DNA from: Fistulifera solaris
Lineage: Eukaryota
NCBI GenBank assembly: GCA_030295235.1
Contig: AP026138.1
Location: 682,001-746,000 of the forward strand
Direction: 5' to 3'
DNA length: 64,000 bases
Made by a program: the position numbers and the translations under genes. A model generated the notes under the pieces. That model ran no database searches, was not told the origin of the DNA, and saw nothing but the letters and a program-made list of their open reading frames with translations. Each line of letters opens with the position of its first letter. The first letter of the stretch is position 1. Shown here in pieces: positions 1 to 11,572 of this stretch.

Positions 1-3000
1 GCAGTCGGCAGACCAAGAGTTGAGAGAGGCCCTCGGTGAGAATGAGCTTCTAAGCGCTCAGGATGAGCGATCGCGTTTGGAAATATCTTCGCTAAATTCG
101 AAAATTCAGGTCCTCAAAGCAGAGCTTGCTTCCCAGGATGAAGCTTTGAAAAGGAAAGAAAGTTCGCTTCAAACTGTAAATGACAGCTGGCAAAAGAGAT
201 CTCGCTCCGAAATGCCGTAGAACAAGACGTAGAGAGACTCACTAGAGAAGCTCGTGACTTACAAGAGCAGCTTGACATCGTGAACAAACAGATTGAAGCG
301 GCAGCGACTGTGTTTGAGGAGAAACTATCACTGGCATCGCAACAAATGAAACATTTAGAAGAAGAGAAGACTGCAATTGAGGCTCAATTCGCTCAAAAGC
401 AAGAACGTCTTACGGAGTTGTCAAATAAATTGGTCGAATCAGATGAAATGCTCAGACAAACCCGTGTCCTTTTGTTTGATGCGGGCTTTGAACGAGACCA
501 GCTACTTTCGAGAAATCAGCAATGCTCCCTTCTAATTTCTGAGCTGCAACAGTCAGTTGCCGAGTATGAAACGAATCTTGCTCACATGGTGGTAGCCTTG
601 CGAACTGTCCGCGAAGAACTCTGCGAACAGGCCGATCGAAACCAAGCGCTGGAAGATGAAATAAACGCCCTTGAAGCTTCCGAAACCTCCTTGAAGAACG
701 AACTTGTCAAACTGAAGTCGGAGCTGGAACATATGTGCACCCAGAACGCTTCTCTCGAGGAAGAAGTTGCTTCGTCGAACGCTGGTCTGAAGTCCCTTCA
801 TGAAAAGGTGTTACATCAGGATTTACTTATCGAAGACTTGAATCAGAAAGCAGAGAAATACGACAAGGCTGTGTTGGAGTGTAAGGAGGCGTCTACAGCA
901 CTTGCGAAGGCCGAAGATTTTGTTTCGCTGGTCAAAAAGGAACTTGACGAACAAACATCGCAATCCAAGCAATTGACAATGGAGCTTGAGAACTCCAGAG
1001 CGATTATGGACGATCTTCGGAGTGCTATGTATGACAAAGATCAGATGGTAAATGAATTGAAACAAAGCCTTACATCGGTCCAGAATGATATGAAAGCAAT
1101 CGATGAGCAACTTATTGTCTTCCGAGAGGAGAATGCATATCTTAAGGATGCCGCGGCGCATAGCCAAGACACAATTTCGGGTTTGGAACAGAAACAAGCG
1201 GAAGCAGAGCTTCGAAGTGAATCGCTGGAGGTATCGTTGGCCCAGCTAAACATCATCGAACAGCGCCTTCGAGCTGAGCTTGATTTCAAAGCAACTGAAC
1301 ATCTAAAACTCGTTTCAGATTACGAATGTAAGGAAAAGGAAATGCGAGAAGCGATGCGAATCCTAGAGAATATGCGAACTGAGTACGCTTCCATCAAAGC
1401 GGAAAATGGAGAGAAACAAGAGCAGTTGGTTCGTCTTGAAAGAGAGAACATCGTGTTACAGAAGGAACTTAGCGAGCAGAGCAATGTTGTTACTGAACTG
1501 AAAAGTTCTAAATCTACTCTCGAAGAAGAGCTAAAGGCTCGTGCTGCTGAGATGGAAGAAAGGAATGGTCTAAATGAAGTCTTGAGAGCTCGTCTGCAGG
1601 AGTATTCGGACTTGGATGCTCAGCTACAACGCGAGCGTGAAGCTCAAGAGATCTCTGCCGCAAACCATGAAGGAACCATCTCCGCCCTTGAGACTCAGCT
1701 GTCAGATGCTATGGCCAAAGTGCGACGTCTTGAGCAAGAAATTGAAGAAGCACATGCGTCCGAAGCAAAGCTCCGCAGCGAGATAAGCGAGAATAGCAAT
1801 ATTATTGAGGAACTGCGTAACCAAGGACAGAGTTTTGAAAGCGTGCTGTCCGATAAGGAGTCGGAGCTAACGTTGATAGGGAAACACCTTGACGAATCCA
1901 GAAACGAGGTTGCCCAGCTTCATGAGATGATGGATACTTGCAACAAAAGATGCACTGAACTGGAAGCTTTGGTTGCCGATCAAGCAACAAAGATTGAAAT
2001 GCAAAGTGTTGTCCAAAAGGAACAGGCGTCTGTTCTCGAAGATAAATTGGATGAGATCAAAGAGCTCGAAGTCATGTTGGAAGTTCGCTCAGGAGCCTTG
2101 CGTGAGGCTGAGCAGGAAATGAGAATGCTGAATAATCAACAGAACATGCAAATTCAGCAAATCATGCAGCTTGAGACTGAACTAGACGACGCTCAGGAGA
2201 AAGAAAAAAGAACTGTTGCAGCAAATCGAATTACTTCAAAGTCAATCAGAAAAGCAAGACGACGAGAACTTGGAGCCTATTGCTGAAACGATTGCAATCG
2301 ACGCGTCTCCTATCATTAGCTTCACTCCTTTCCCCCCTGAACAAGCATCTTGTGAAGTCAGTTCAGTAGTATCTGGAGTAAAGTGCTGCGACGAGACGAC
2401 GACCTGGACTTGCAGATTGTGTAATAAGGAGGATGATGCGATTGATTTGGAGTTGTCGGAGAAAGGTTATGCTTTCAACTGGCTTTTGCCGAGATGCGTC
2501 GGCATCACACCTCAGAGCATTAGCAATTGATCACGCTGAGAAGGAAGGACACGAAGTTCTCTGGAATTTTGCAAAGAAAGATAGCATTGACGAAGAGGTT
2601 TGTGGCTTGAGTCGGGGGAGCCTCTGGTGCTCGTTGGTCGCTATTACAAGCAGCAGACATTTCTACGTATGAAGAGTTCCGAAATGACGTCTCGTGGCCA
2701 CCAAAATTACCATCCGGCCTTATCGCTTACAGTGTGAAGCGCTTCGCTCGAGCTGAAGGAGTTTTATTGCAAGCAAGCGCTCACATGTTCAAAAAGATAA
2801 ATGGGGAAAAGCCGTCACCAAAGGTGACAATGTCCGCGACGACTGTCGAACTGTTCTCCAAGTCCATTATCAGGCCATTGTTCGAGCCATTAAGCGCAAT
2901 TGGACCGCCATCCAAGCAATGTCTTCTCAAGAAGTATACGTTCGTATCCAAGATATTTTGATTGGAGGTCACTACCGCGAAACTGTCCTCTACGTCCCTA

Positions 3001-3035
3001 GCGATGACGACGCGGAGCAGATTTTCCGTTCCTAA
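1..3035 (+). CDS. Large coiled-coil protein (5'-partial) with a non-coiled C-terminal domain; split by indels
   Basis: ORFs 20-220 and 280-2286 are E/K/Q/L-rich heptad sequence. Coding-like sequence continues through overlapping ORFs 2216-2530, 2433-2672 and 2734-2961, with a last frame ...IQDILIGGHYRETVLYVPSDDDAEQIFRS* ending at TAA 3033-3035. Confidence 0.65.
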
Positions 3036-3100
3036 TCTGGACTGGAATCGAAATCTAATTGCATATTTAGTTTGTTATTCTTTTAAATAATTGTTTTGTG

Positions 3101-4286
3101 TTAGGAGTCGTACATTCGCAAGCCAGTGTTTTTATCCACCGTTGGAAACGGATTGTCCTGCGGCTGGTTGAATGTTTGCACTTTGGCCGCTACCAAGTCC
3201 AATGCTTTGACTTCTCCTTCGGACAGCGACCATTGCAAAGCACCGTAGTTGCTCTGCACTTGTTGCAAGGTCCGAGCCCCTGGAATAGGGATAGTTCCTT
3301 TGGCGCGGGCCCAGTTCAAAGCAACTTGTGCCGGTGTTGCCCCAACATGACCATCCGCAATCTCCTGCATGGTCCGCAGCAAATTGTCGTAATCGGGTGT
3401 ACTTTTTAACTTTTCGAAAATGAGTTTGCGCGGTCCCTGTGGTGGCCGTTCCGGTGTATACTTTCCCGTGAGCATCCCCAACGCAAGTGGCGAGTACGAC
3501 AAGATTTGCACTCCCAAATCTTGACACGCCTGTGCGAGACCATTCTCCAAGGGATGACGATACAGCAAACTCATTTGAATTTGATTCGTGGCCAGGGGGA
3601 ATGCCGCGTTGCGCCAGTGCCGCATGACACGCCCGCAAGGCGTCGACCCCATAATTGGAGACACCGACGGCTTTCACCAAGCCCTGTTCGTACGCCATGG
3701 CGAGTCCATCCCAGTATTCGGCATTCGACCATGCTCCGGGGAAATGAATTTGATATAGATCAATCGGTCGGTTGCCCAATCGCTTCACGGATGCTTGACA
3801 GGCTTGTACGACACTTTGTGGTTGGGTCCGCCAGGGCAAAGGGGCAAATTTGGTGGCAATTTGAATTTGTTCGGGAGGATACTGTTTGGCGAAGTCCCCA
3901 ATGAGCAATTCGGAACGACCAAGGCCGTACAATTCGGCCGTATCAAACAGTGTTGTCGTATATATGCCATTGTTGGATTGTGTCATGGCGTAATCAAAGA
4001 CTTGCTGCAATTCGGCGTCATTTTTGGGGTTGTATCCCCAAAAGAGAGAATCGCCCCATGCCCAAGCACCCAAACCGAGAGGCGGTAAACTTATGGACGT
4101 AAGAGGAGCCGTGTTGGTTGTTGATTGTGCAACGGCAGCCTGTTGCGGCAATCCGAGAGTCGCCGCCGTGATGGCCGTTGTTTGCACCTCTTGATAAAAT
4201 TGCCGACGCGAAAACGGATGTTGATTATTCCAGCCGTGAACGGCACTGGCAGCGAACAGCGAAAGTATAAACGAATAATTATGCAT
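3101..4286 (-). CDS. Aldo/keto reductase (pyridoxal reductase-like), predicted plastid-targeted; one frameshift near 3600
   Basis: AKR motifs LGLGAWAWGD, FDTAELYG, IATKF, IDLYQIHFP, AVGVSNYG, then in the second frame YSPLALGMLTGKY, AQVALNW, IPIPGA. Signal peptide from ATG 4286 (MHNYSFILSLFAASAVHG-W). Frame switch at the G-run near 3595-3599. Confidence 0.9.
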
Positions 4287-4570
4287 GGTCAACATTAGGC
4301 GCACAACTTTGGCCTTGAAGAAAAGCGGATCGAAAAAGTCAAAATGCAACACCACTACCACTTGGTCGATGAATTAAGGGCTCACAAGGTGTCACAAGGT
4401 GAATAGATGACGCCGTTGTTGTTTAGCAATGCAAAAGAAAGAGCTAGCCTGCTTTTAGTAAATTATGGATGATAGTATTTTAGAATTACTTCTTTTATAA
4501 GGGTTTTTGTTGTCTTTTTTACTGATGCGATTGGTGGAATGAATCATTGCCATGTCAGTTTTGTCGTAGA

Positions 4571-5812
4571 TACAGAAAATCTGGGATGGTCCAGAAATTC
4601 TGGACCAGGTTTAATTTCATTCAAACAGAAAATCTGGGATGGTCCAGAAATTCTGGACCAGGTCTAATTTCATTCAAACAGAAAGTCTGGGCAGATCCAG
4701 AAATTCTGGAGCAGGCGTATTTTCATTCAAACAGAAAATCTGGGCTGGTCCAGAAATTCTGGACCAGGCGTATTTTCATTCAACCAGAAAGTCTGGGTGG
4801 TCCAGAAATTCTGGACCAACTGAATTTCATCGATACAGAAAATCTGGGGTTGTCCAGAAATTCTGGACCAGACGTATTCTCATTCAAACAAAAATCTGGG
4901 CTGGTCCAGAAATTCTGACCACGCGTATTTTCATTCATACAGAAAATCTGGGAAGATCCAGAAATTCTGGAGCAGGCGTATTTTCATTGATACAGAAAAT
5001 CTGGGCTGGTCCAGAAATTCTGGACCAGGCGTATTTTCATTCAAACAGAAAGTCTGGGCTGGTCCAGATATTCTGGACCAACTGAATTTCATTCATACAG
5101 AAAGTCTGGGCTGGTCCAGAAATTCTGGACCAACTGAATTTCATCGATACAGAAAATCTGGGCTGGTCCAGAAATTCTGGACCAACTGAATTTCATTGAT
5201 ACAGAAAATCTGGGCTGGTCCAGAAATTCTGGACCAACTGAATTTCATCGATACAAAAATCTGGGCCGGTCCAGATATTCTGGACCACGCGTATTTTCAT
5301 TCAAACAGAAAATCTGGGAAGATCCAGAAATTCTGGAGCAGGCGTATTTTCATTCATACAGAAAATCTGGTCTGGTCCAGAAATTCTGGACCAACTGAAT
5401 TTCATCGATAAAGAAAATCTGGTCTGGTCAAGAAATGCTGGACCAGGTGTATTTCATTCAAACAGAAAGTCTGGGCTGTTCCAGAAATTCTGGACCAACT
5501 GAATTTCATTCATACAGAAAATCTGGGCTGGTCCAGAAATTCTGGACCAGGCGTATTTTCATTCAAACAGAAATTCTGGGCTGGTCCAGAAATTTTGGAC
5601 CAACTGAATTTCATTGATACAGAAAATCTGGTGTTGTCCAGATATTGACCAGTTGTAATTTCATTTATACAGAAAATCCGGGGTGGTCCAGAATTTCTGG
5701 ACTACCACAGAATTTCTGCATCGTTAGAGATAACTTGTCCAGAATTTCTGGAACTTGCACTTTCATTCGTTATGATCACAACTCACAACACAGTTTCCAG
5801 AATTTCTGGAAT
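4571..5812. repeat. Tandem satellite of ~22 units of 52-53 bp with an internal 21-bp palindrome, plus isolated cores trailing to ~5812
   Basis: Consensus ACAGAAAATCTGGGCTGGTCCAGAAATTCTGGACCAGGCGTATTTTCATTCAA (unit starts at 4731 and 4784). TGGTCCAGAA-A-TTCTGGACCA is a perfect inverted repeat. Confidence 0.97.
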
Positions 5813-5947
5813 TTGCCTCTTTTCTCGCGACCATGGACGCGATACGCAGCGCATGAACACTTTATTATTTTTGACAAAAACAAAAGTTAACTATACATCT
5901 TGCTAACTGCTGAATCAAGTTGATCCCCCCAACAAGAACAAGAAAGA

Positions 5948-7557
5948 ATGGTATTTTTAGGACCACTCCGCAAAGGCACCAATACAACACCCAAATCCGA
6001 TCTGTCCGAACTCGCTCAATGGGTGCCCTTGCGTCTCACTCCTTCCGAACGCGCTCTATTGACGGTTCTGGAACAGACACTACATGTCTCGGAATATACG
6101 GATAACGTCGATATCGCGAGTCGAAGAGGTGCTGGCATCAAAACGCAACGCATCTTGGAAGGCATTCTAGAGGCTTGTCACATTGCGACGGGGTTAGTTG
6201 CCGCGAGTGGTCAAGAACCGTCCTTGGGAACGTCACTACAAGACAACAACATCAAAATCAAAAAGAAGAAGAAACACATTAAACTCAAAGCAAATCATAA
6301 AAAGCAAAAGAAAACATTGTCGGGTTCACGCGGCGACCCTTCCGAAAACGCCCTTTGGTTGCAAACCATGTTCGAAATTGGACGTCGTCATAAAGTATTG
6401 AATCCAGCTTCGATGCGTTCGACGTACGGCAAACTCATGTATTTGATGCAAGATTCCCAAAATGCGACCGTTTCCAAGTCCCTCGGCTTTTCTCTGTACA
6501 AGCCCTTACAATTGGTCGGACCGTATTTGCAACAACACGGCTGTGAAGATTTGTTGCACGATCCGCGGTTGGAATGTGCCGTTCAGTTCATTGCCGATCG
6601 GGATCCCGAAACGGGAGAAAAGTACGAACGCGAATACATTCAGACACTGGTACAAGGCAAACAACACGTGCTGGAGCAATTGGTCGAAGCCTATCAAGAC
6701 AAGATGCCAGCCGACGACCTTCGACGCGCCATTGAATCCTTGGCGGATGCCATGGCTTATATTGAAAGTAATGTAGCTCCCGTGCAGCGCATGTTAAAGT
6801 ATCTGGAAGACAATTTCGATCCCACCAGTCCGCAGAAAGCCTTTTCGCTCGCCTTGACCGCCAACTCACGCTATTCTGCCATTAACAACAACTACTCACG
6901 CTACGGCTTTTCGGCCTACTCCGGTGGTTCCCGCGAAGGACCCACTTTGACGCATTCGCACAGTGAACAATACATGTTCGTGTGGCAATCACTGCGATTG
7001 TGGTGTAAAGTCATGCGGAATATGCATCGTTTGTGGGTTTGTGCCGATGACGATTTGTTGTCGACGCGGACGTCGTATCATTTGTACAATACGGGACAGG
7101 GATTGCAGCGCGTCCAAAGTTGCCCGACGGTCCGACAGGTCATGTCGCAATTGTTGGCACAAACCCAACACGAAGCGAATGCCCCGTGGGTGGGTCTTTC
7201 GGTCATTCATTTGGGCGATCGGGATGTCCCCAATGCGTTGGTGTTCATTGACAAGTATACGCAGATACCGCGGTTCTTGTCACCGATGGTGCACTTTTGC
7301 AGAGTTTGTCGGACGATCACGACGAACGGATCGAAGCGTATATTCAGGACCAATTTGGATCGAAGGACCAATTGAAAATGCTGGTTTTGACGGATTATTT
7401 CAAACATGGGTTTGACGGCAGTGGCGATGATGGAGGTAGTTGCATTGATGGTCGTTTGACGAGTTCGTGGAATTGGACCAGTCGATTGACGAAAAAGTCG
7501 TATTATCATGCGTTTATGCTGTCGGGCTTTCAGGGCTTTGATGGCGATTTTCGGTAA
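5948..7557 (+). CDS. UPF0652/DUF2009 family protein; frameshift near 7290
   Basis: Motifs [77 protein letters not shown]; the second frame gives [22 protein letters not shown]...GFDGDF. Confidence 0.85.
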
Positions 7558-7728
7558 TGCAAACGTAATAGTGAAGAAGAATAGTCACGGCAAGCCATGA
7601 CTGGTGGTTGCGTCTTTGAATTAGTGTGATCAATGATAACGCTTGGTTTTTGATCGTGATCATCTGTGAAATTCTTGAAAAGGAAAGTTGTCTTAGACTA
7701 CCTATCTTCGGAGTTTTTTTTTGTGAGC

Positions 7729-8207
7729 TCAACTTATCCACGACTGTGCATCCAGTCATGAATCAATATTCATTCGAGCGACAATGCTGCCTACAATTCC
7801 TTCGTTCAGCAAGATTTCTTTAGCTCCAATTGTTGTTATTGTAATGAAATAGTCCTTAGTAGCGTTTGCTTTACACGTCATTACACTATATTATTTGACG
7901 TCGACAAGCCTTGCGAAACGATGTCTTATGTATTTACTATAGACCAAAGTGTTGTCCGTATTTCGCCAAAACTGCGCTTAAGTCTTTTGAGCGGCAATGC
8001 TGCCCACAATTCGTTCGCTTAGCAGTTTTCCCAAGTTCAAATTGTCGCCGTTGCAATGAAATAGAAATAGTCCTTAGCAGCGTTTGTATTACACGCCATT
8101 ATATTTCACTCAGAAAAGCCTTGCGAAACGTTATCTTCCGTGTTTACTATTGACCCAAAGTGTTACTTCAAGGAGACCGCGAACCGCGACTGCGTTTCAG
8201 TCATGAG
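7729..8207 (+). repeat. Dispersed repeat family A: dimer of ~220-230 bp monomers bounded by GACTG-N5/6-CAGTC palindromes
   Basis: Palindromic sites at ~7739-7760, ~7969-7984 (degenerate) and 8185-8206. Shared internal blocks GAGCGRCAATGCTGCCYACAATTC, TTAGYAGCGTTTG, AAGCCTTGCGAAACG, TTTACTAT..ACC.AAAGTGTT. Colinear with 17514-18000. Confidence 0.9.
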
Positions 8208-8698
8208 TAGTCATGAATGAATAATGAATAATATCATCCATCATCCATCATCCTTCATCCATCATCACCTCACTAATAACAATGTCATCATTTTCTTCGG
8301 TTTGCTTAGACTAGACCTAGCATCCTCTATTTCGCAAACATTTGCAATGCACGTCTCGATTGTTGACGCCTGGTCGACGTTTAATGACGTCGAAAATCAG
8401 TGCAGAGTTGCTGTGTGACTTCCACTTTCGCCGTCACCACGAATAGCAGCTTGAATCTTAGACGCTGTCAAACTTCGAGTACACCGTCGCTGCTTCGTGA
8501 GGTAATAATGGCGCAAAATGCTGCGAGCTCCGCCGTTTTCCCATAAATTGTAAACAAACTGTTAAGATTTGTCGTTCGATTTACCAAAGGTACTGTTAGT
8601 GAACGGATGGTAAGTGCAACAGTTTTAGAATATATTATTATTTCTAATTCTTTCGTACACTTCCAGCATCCTTCACCTACTGATTCTCTCTGTTTACT

Positions 8699-9579
8699 TT
8701 ACTGCAAATCCAAAGTAGCATTGAGTTTCTCGGCAATGGCAATTTGCGTTTGTGTCAAATTGGAAAGATATGTGACCATTAACAAATCTTGCAAGGATTC
8801 GTGGAAGAGTTTGTCCATGGCATCGGGTCGCATCCGGGGTACGGTCGCCAGTGCATCGGCAATGTGTCGACCTTTTTCCGTATCGGGGGTGTTGTGCCGT
8901 CCACGACGGCATCGACGTAAGTGCAAGCCGTCTCCAGTAGTTCGTACAGTTGTTCCATGGAAATTTGCAACGGAGGCTTTTCGCGTTCGGTAGTTTCGTT
9001 GTTGTCATTCATACTTTTGATCATTTCACTGACACAAATTGCTTCCGGTTCATTACTTCGCAAAGATAACGGCAATTCATGAAACAAATTCCCCAGTGTT
9101 TCTCCTTGTACGAGAATCGGTGTCGAATGAAAGGCCCGCATCGTGACGGCATTTTCTTCCGTGAGACGACAATCCACCACCAAATGCACCGGATTCCCAT
9201 CTTCTGTTTCGGTCGAATAGAAATCATGAATCAACGAAGAAGTATCCGACAACAACGGCGACGACGAATACCATCCCACAATGACTTCTCGTTGTTGTTT
9301 ACTACTATTCTGTTGCAACAAGGCCCACAACGTCTTGTTGAAATCTTTGCCAATGGCGACTTCGTCGCCGCGTTCCGCGTGCGGCACCGCAAAGGCATTC
9401 GTGACTTCCACGAGAACACCGGAATCATCAAAACGACCCAAGAGCGTACCAATCACGCGAGCACTGCCGGCCGGTCGACGGCGGTGATGATCGAGAATGT
9501 GCAACAAGACCAACGGATGCACAAAGACCGTCGTCGTTGTAGTCGTGTCGAACAAGAGTGCGGGGGATTGTTGCGGCAT
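8699..9579 (-). CDS. EIF3F: Eukaryotic translation initiation factor 3 subunit F (MPN domain); frameshift near 8890
   Basis: VHPLVLLHILDHH, RVIGTLLG, VEVTNAFAVPH, EVIVGWYSS, HLVVD; the C-terminal frame gives LQDLLMVTYLSNLTQTQIAIAEKLN. Confidence 0.9.
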
Positions 9580-9922
9580 TTTGTTGTGTGAATGTGTGTT
9601 TGTGAATCAAAAAATTCTGTATTATTAGGCTTTGACTTGAGTGAGGAATGATATCGAGTGGAAAGACACGCAACGAAGCAAAATAATCCAGTGAGCACAA
9701 GAAGACCAAGGAGAACAATAACAACAACAAGGCGGGAGACGGACGAAAAAGGACGCCAAGCCGTTTGTGGTGCATTTACCGCCTTACTAAAATACAGACG
9801 AGCGGAAGGCCAGACCGATCACGATTCATTCACAAACGTGTGAGTCCCAATCTCGCTGACGAGCCCTAGAGAGTCACTTCGATCACATGCGTAATTTTTG
9901 ATTAAGATTATCTCTACTCTAT

Positions 9923-11572
9923 TCACCGAACCACAATCAAATCATCAATCTTCAAGATCATGGCCACCGTCTCGGTAGCCAATCGAATGGCGGACGTCGT
10001 CACCATCAAGGGTTGCACTACATTTTGGGCAAACATGTCTTCGACTTGTGCGGTCTTGACGTGAATACCCGCACCGACCACTCCCTTGGCCTGTTGCGCG
10101 CGAAGTTCGGTGACCGTCTGAATGGCATTTTGTCCGGCATTCTCGGCCAAGGTGTACGGAATCACCTCCAAAGCGTCAGCAAACGCCGTTAAACAATAGG
10201 CATCTTGGCCCGACAAGGTCCGGGCGTGTTCTCGCAAAGCCATGGCGGCTTGCGATTCCGCGGCACCTCCACCCGCCATGAGAGCCGGCTCTTGGACCAA
10301 ACATCGCACCACACACTGGGCATCGTGCAAAGACCGTGAGGCTTCGGCCAACACCAAATCGTTGCTTCCTCGTAGCAAGACCGTGACGGTACTGCCGGCA
10401 TTGGCAATTCCCGTAAATTGCACTACCGTATTGTTTCCTCCTTCCATGTACACATCTTCCACTAGTTCCGCGTGCCCCAATTTGTTGGCGTCCAATTGAT
10501 CGGGATGAGCGATGGGTTGACAATGGAGCGTGCGACAAATAAAATCCACATCACTCCGTTCAATGTCGGTCACGACCAAAATTCCCATCTTGGCCAAGAA
10601 ATGCAACGACAATTCGTTGTAGGCATCTCGTAAGATAGATTTTTGAATTAATAGCACATTGCATCCCGTCTTTTTGATTTGTTTGCACTGTTCCAACAGA
10701 TATTTTCGTTCTTCCCGTAGAATCCGATCCATGGCGGCGTAATCACTGACGACGACTTGATTGTCCATATCGGTTTTGGGTGCCGAAAGACAGTACTGAA
10801 TCAGTGCAATTTTCGCCTGTTCCATCCGTTTGGGTCCTCCCGATTTGGCCGATCCTTTGGTCAGTACAAGACCGCGAATGAGTTCCGTGTCATCGACGGT
10901 CCCGCCCACTTGTTCGACCAACCGAATGTCTCGTAAATCGACGGTGCGATTGTTGTTTGCAAGCAATGACAAAACGGAATCGACCGCAATGGGTGCCAAC
11001 AAATCGGTATTCTGCGAAACAACTTTACTACTGAGACACGTCTCGACCGCGTGCAAAAGTTGTTCCCGATTGTCCGCCACGACGAGACGTGCGACCTTTT
11101 TCAAAGAGTCACACGCCGTTTCGGCCGCTTGTAAAAAGTATTGGGCGACCGCCGATGGATGCAATCCCTTGCGCAACAAGACGGACGCACTGTCCAACAA
11201 GGCTCCGGCGAGTACCACGACGGTCGTCGTCCCATCTCCCGCTTGGACATCTTGGGCTTGCGACAATTCGACCAACATTTTGGCCGCCGGATGCAAGACA
11301 TTCATTTTGGACAAAATGGTCGCACCGTCGTTACTAATGAGGACGGATCCATCTTCGAGTTGCATCAATTTGTCCATGCCGCGGGGTCCCAAAGACGTGC
11401 GGATGGCATTGGCGAGGGCCTGTTTATAATATAGTTCAATGAAAAATGAGAAGAAATACCTGCATTCTTTATCCATCCTTCCATGTTTCGAACGCACCTT
11501 GGCCGCCACAATATTCGATGTCCGAACATCTTTGCCTTTCGAGCGTTCATTGTAAGTTTCTCCCGACACCAT
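9923..11572 (-). CDS. CCT4: T-complex protein 1 subunit delta; intron 11420-11497
   Basis: DVRTSNIVAAK|ALANAIRTSLGPRGMDK, ISNDGATIL, AGDGTTTVVV, SAPKTDMDNQVVVSDYAAMDRILREERKY, NVLLIQKSILRDA. The intron is a 78-nt GT..AG in-frame segment. Confidence 0.96.
   Translation of the reverse strand: MVSGETYNERSKGKDVRTSNIVAAKVRSKHGRMDKECRYFFSFFIELYYKQALANAIRTSLGPRGMDKLMQLEDGSVLISNDGATILSKMNVLHPAAKMLVELSQAQDVQAGDGTTTVVVLAGALLDSASVLLRKGLHPSAVAQYFLQAAETACDSLKKVARLVVADNREQLLHAVETCLSSKVVSQNTDLLAPIAVDSVLSLLANNNRTVDLRDIRLVEQVGGTVDDTELIRGLVLTKGSAKSGGPKRMEQAKIALIQYCLSAPKTDMDNQVVVSDYAAMDRILREERKYLLEQCKQIKKTGCNVLLIQKSILRDAYNELSLHFLAKMGILVVTDIERSDVDFICRTLHCQPIAHPDQLDANKLGHAELVEDVYMEGGNNTVVQFTGIANAGSTVTVLLRGSNDLVLAEASRSLHDAQCVVRCLVQEPALMAGGGAAESQAAMALREHARTLSGQDAYCLTAFADALEVIPYTLAENAGQNAIQTVTELRAQQAKGVVGAGIHVKTAQVEDMFAQNVVQPLMVTTSAIRLATETVAMILKIDDLIVVR

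Noticed and set aside
4571..5705. CRISPR array (palindromic repeat with regular spacing)
   Set aside because: Inter-palindrome segments are near-identical alleles rather than unique spacers; no cas genes; eukaryotic nuclear context.
4547..5890. ORFs within the 53-bp satellite
   Set aside because: They are translations of the repeat, with frames cycling because the unit length is not a multiple of three.
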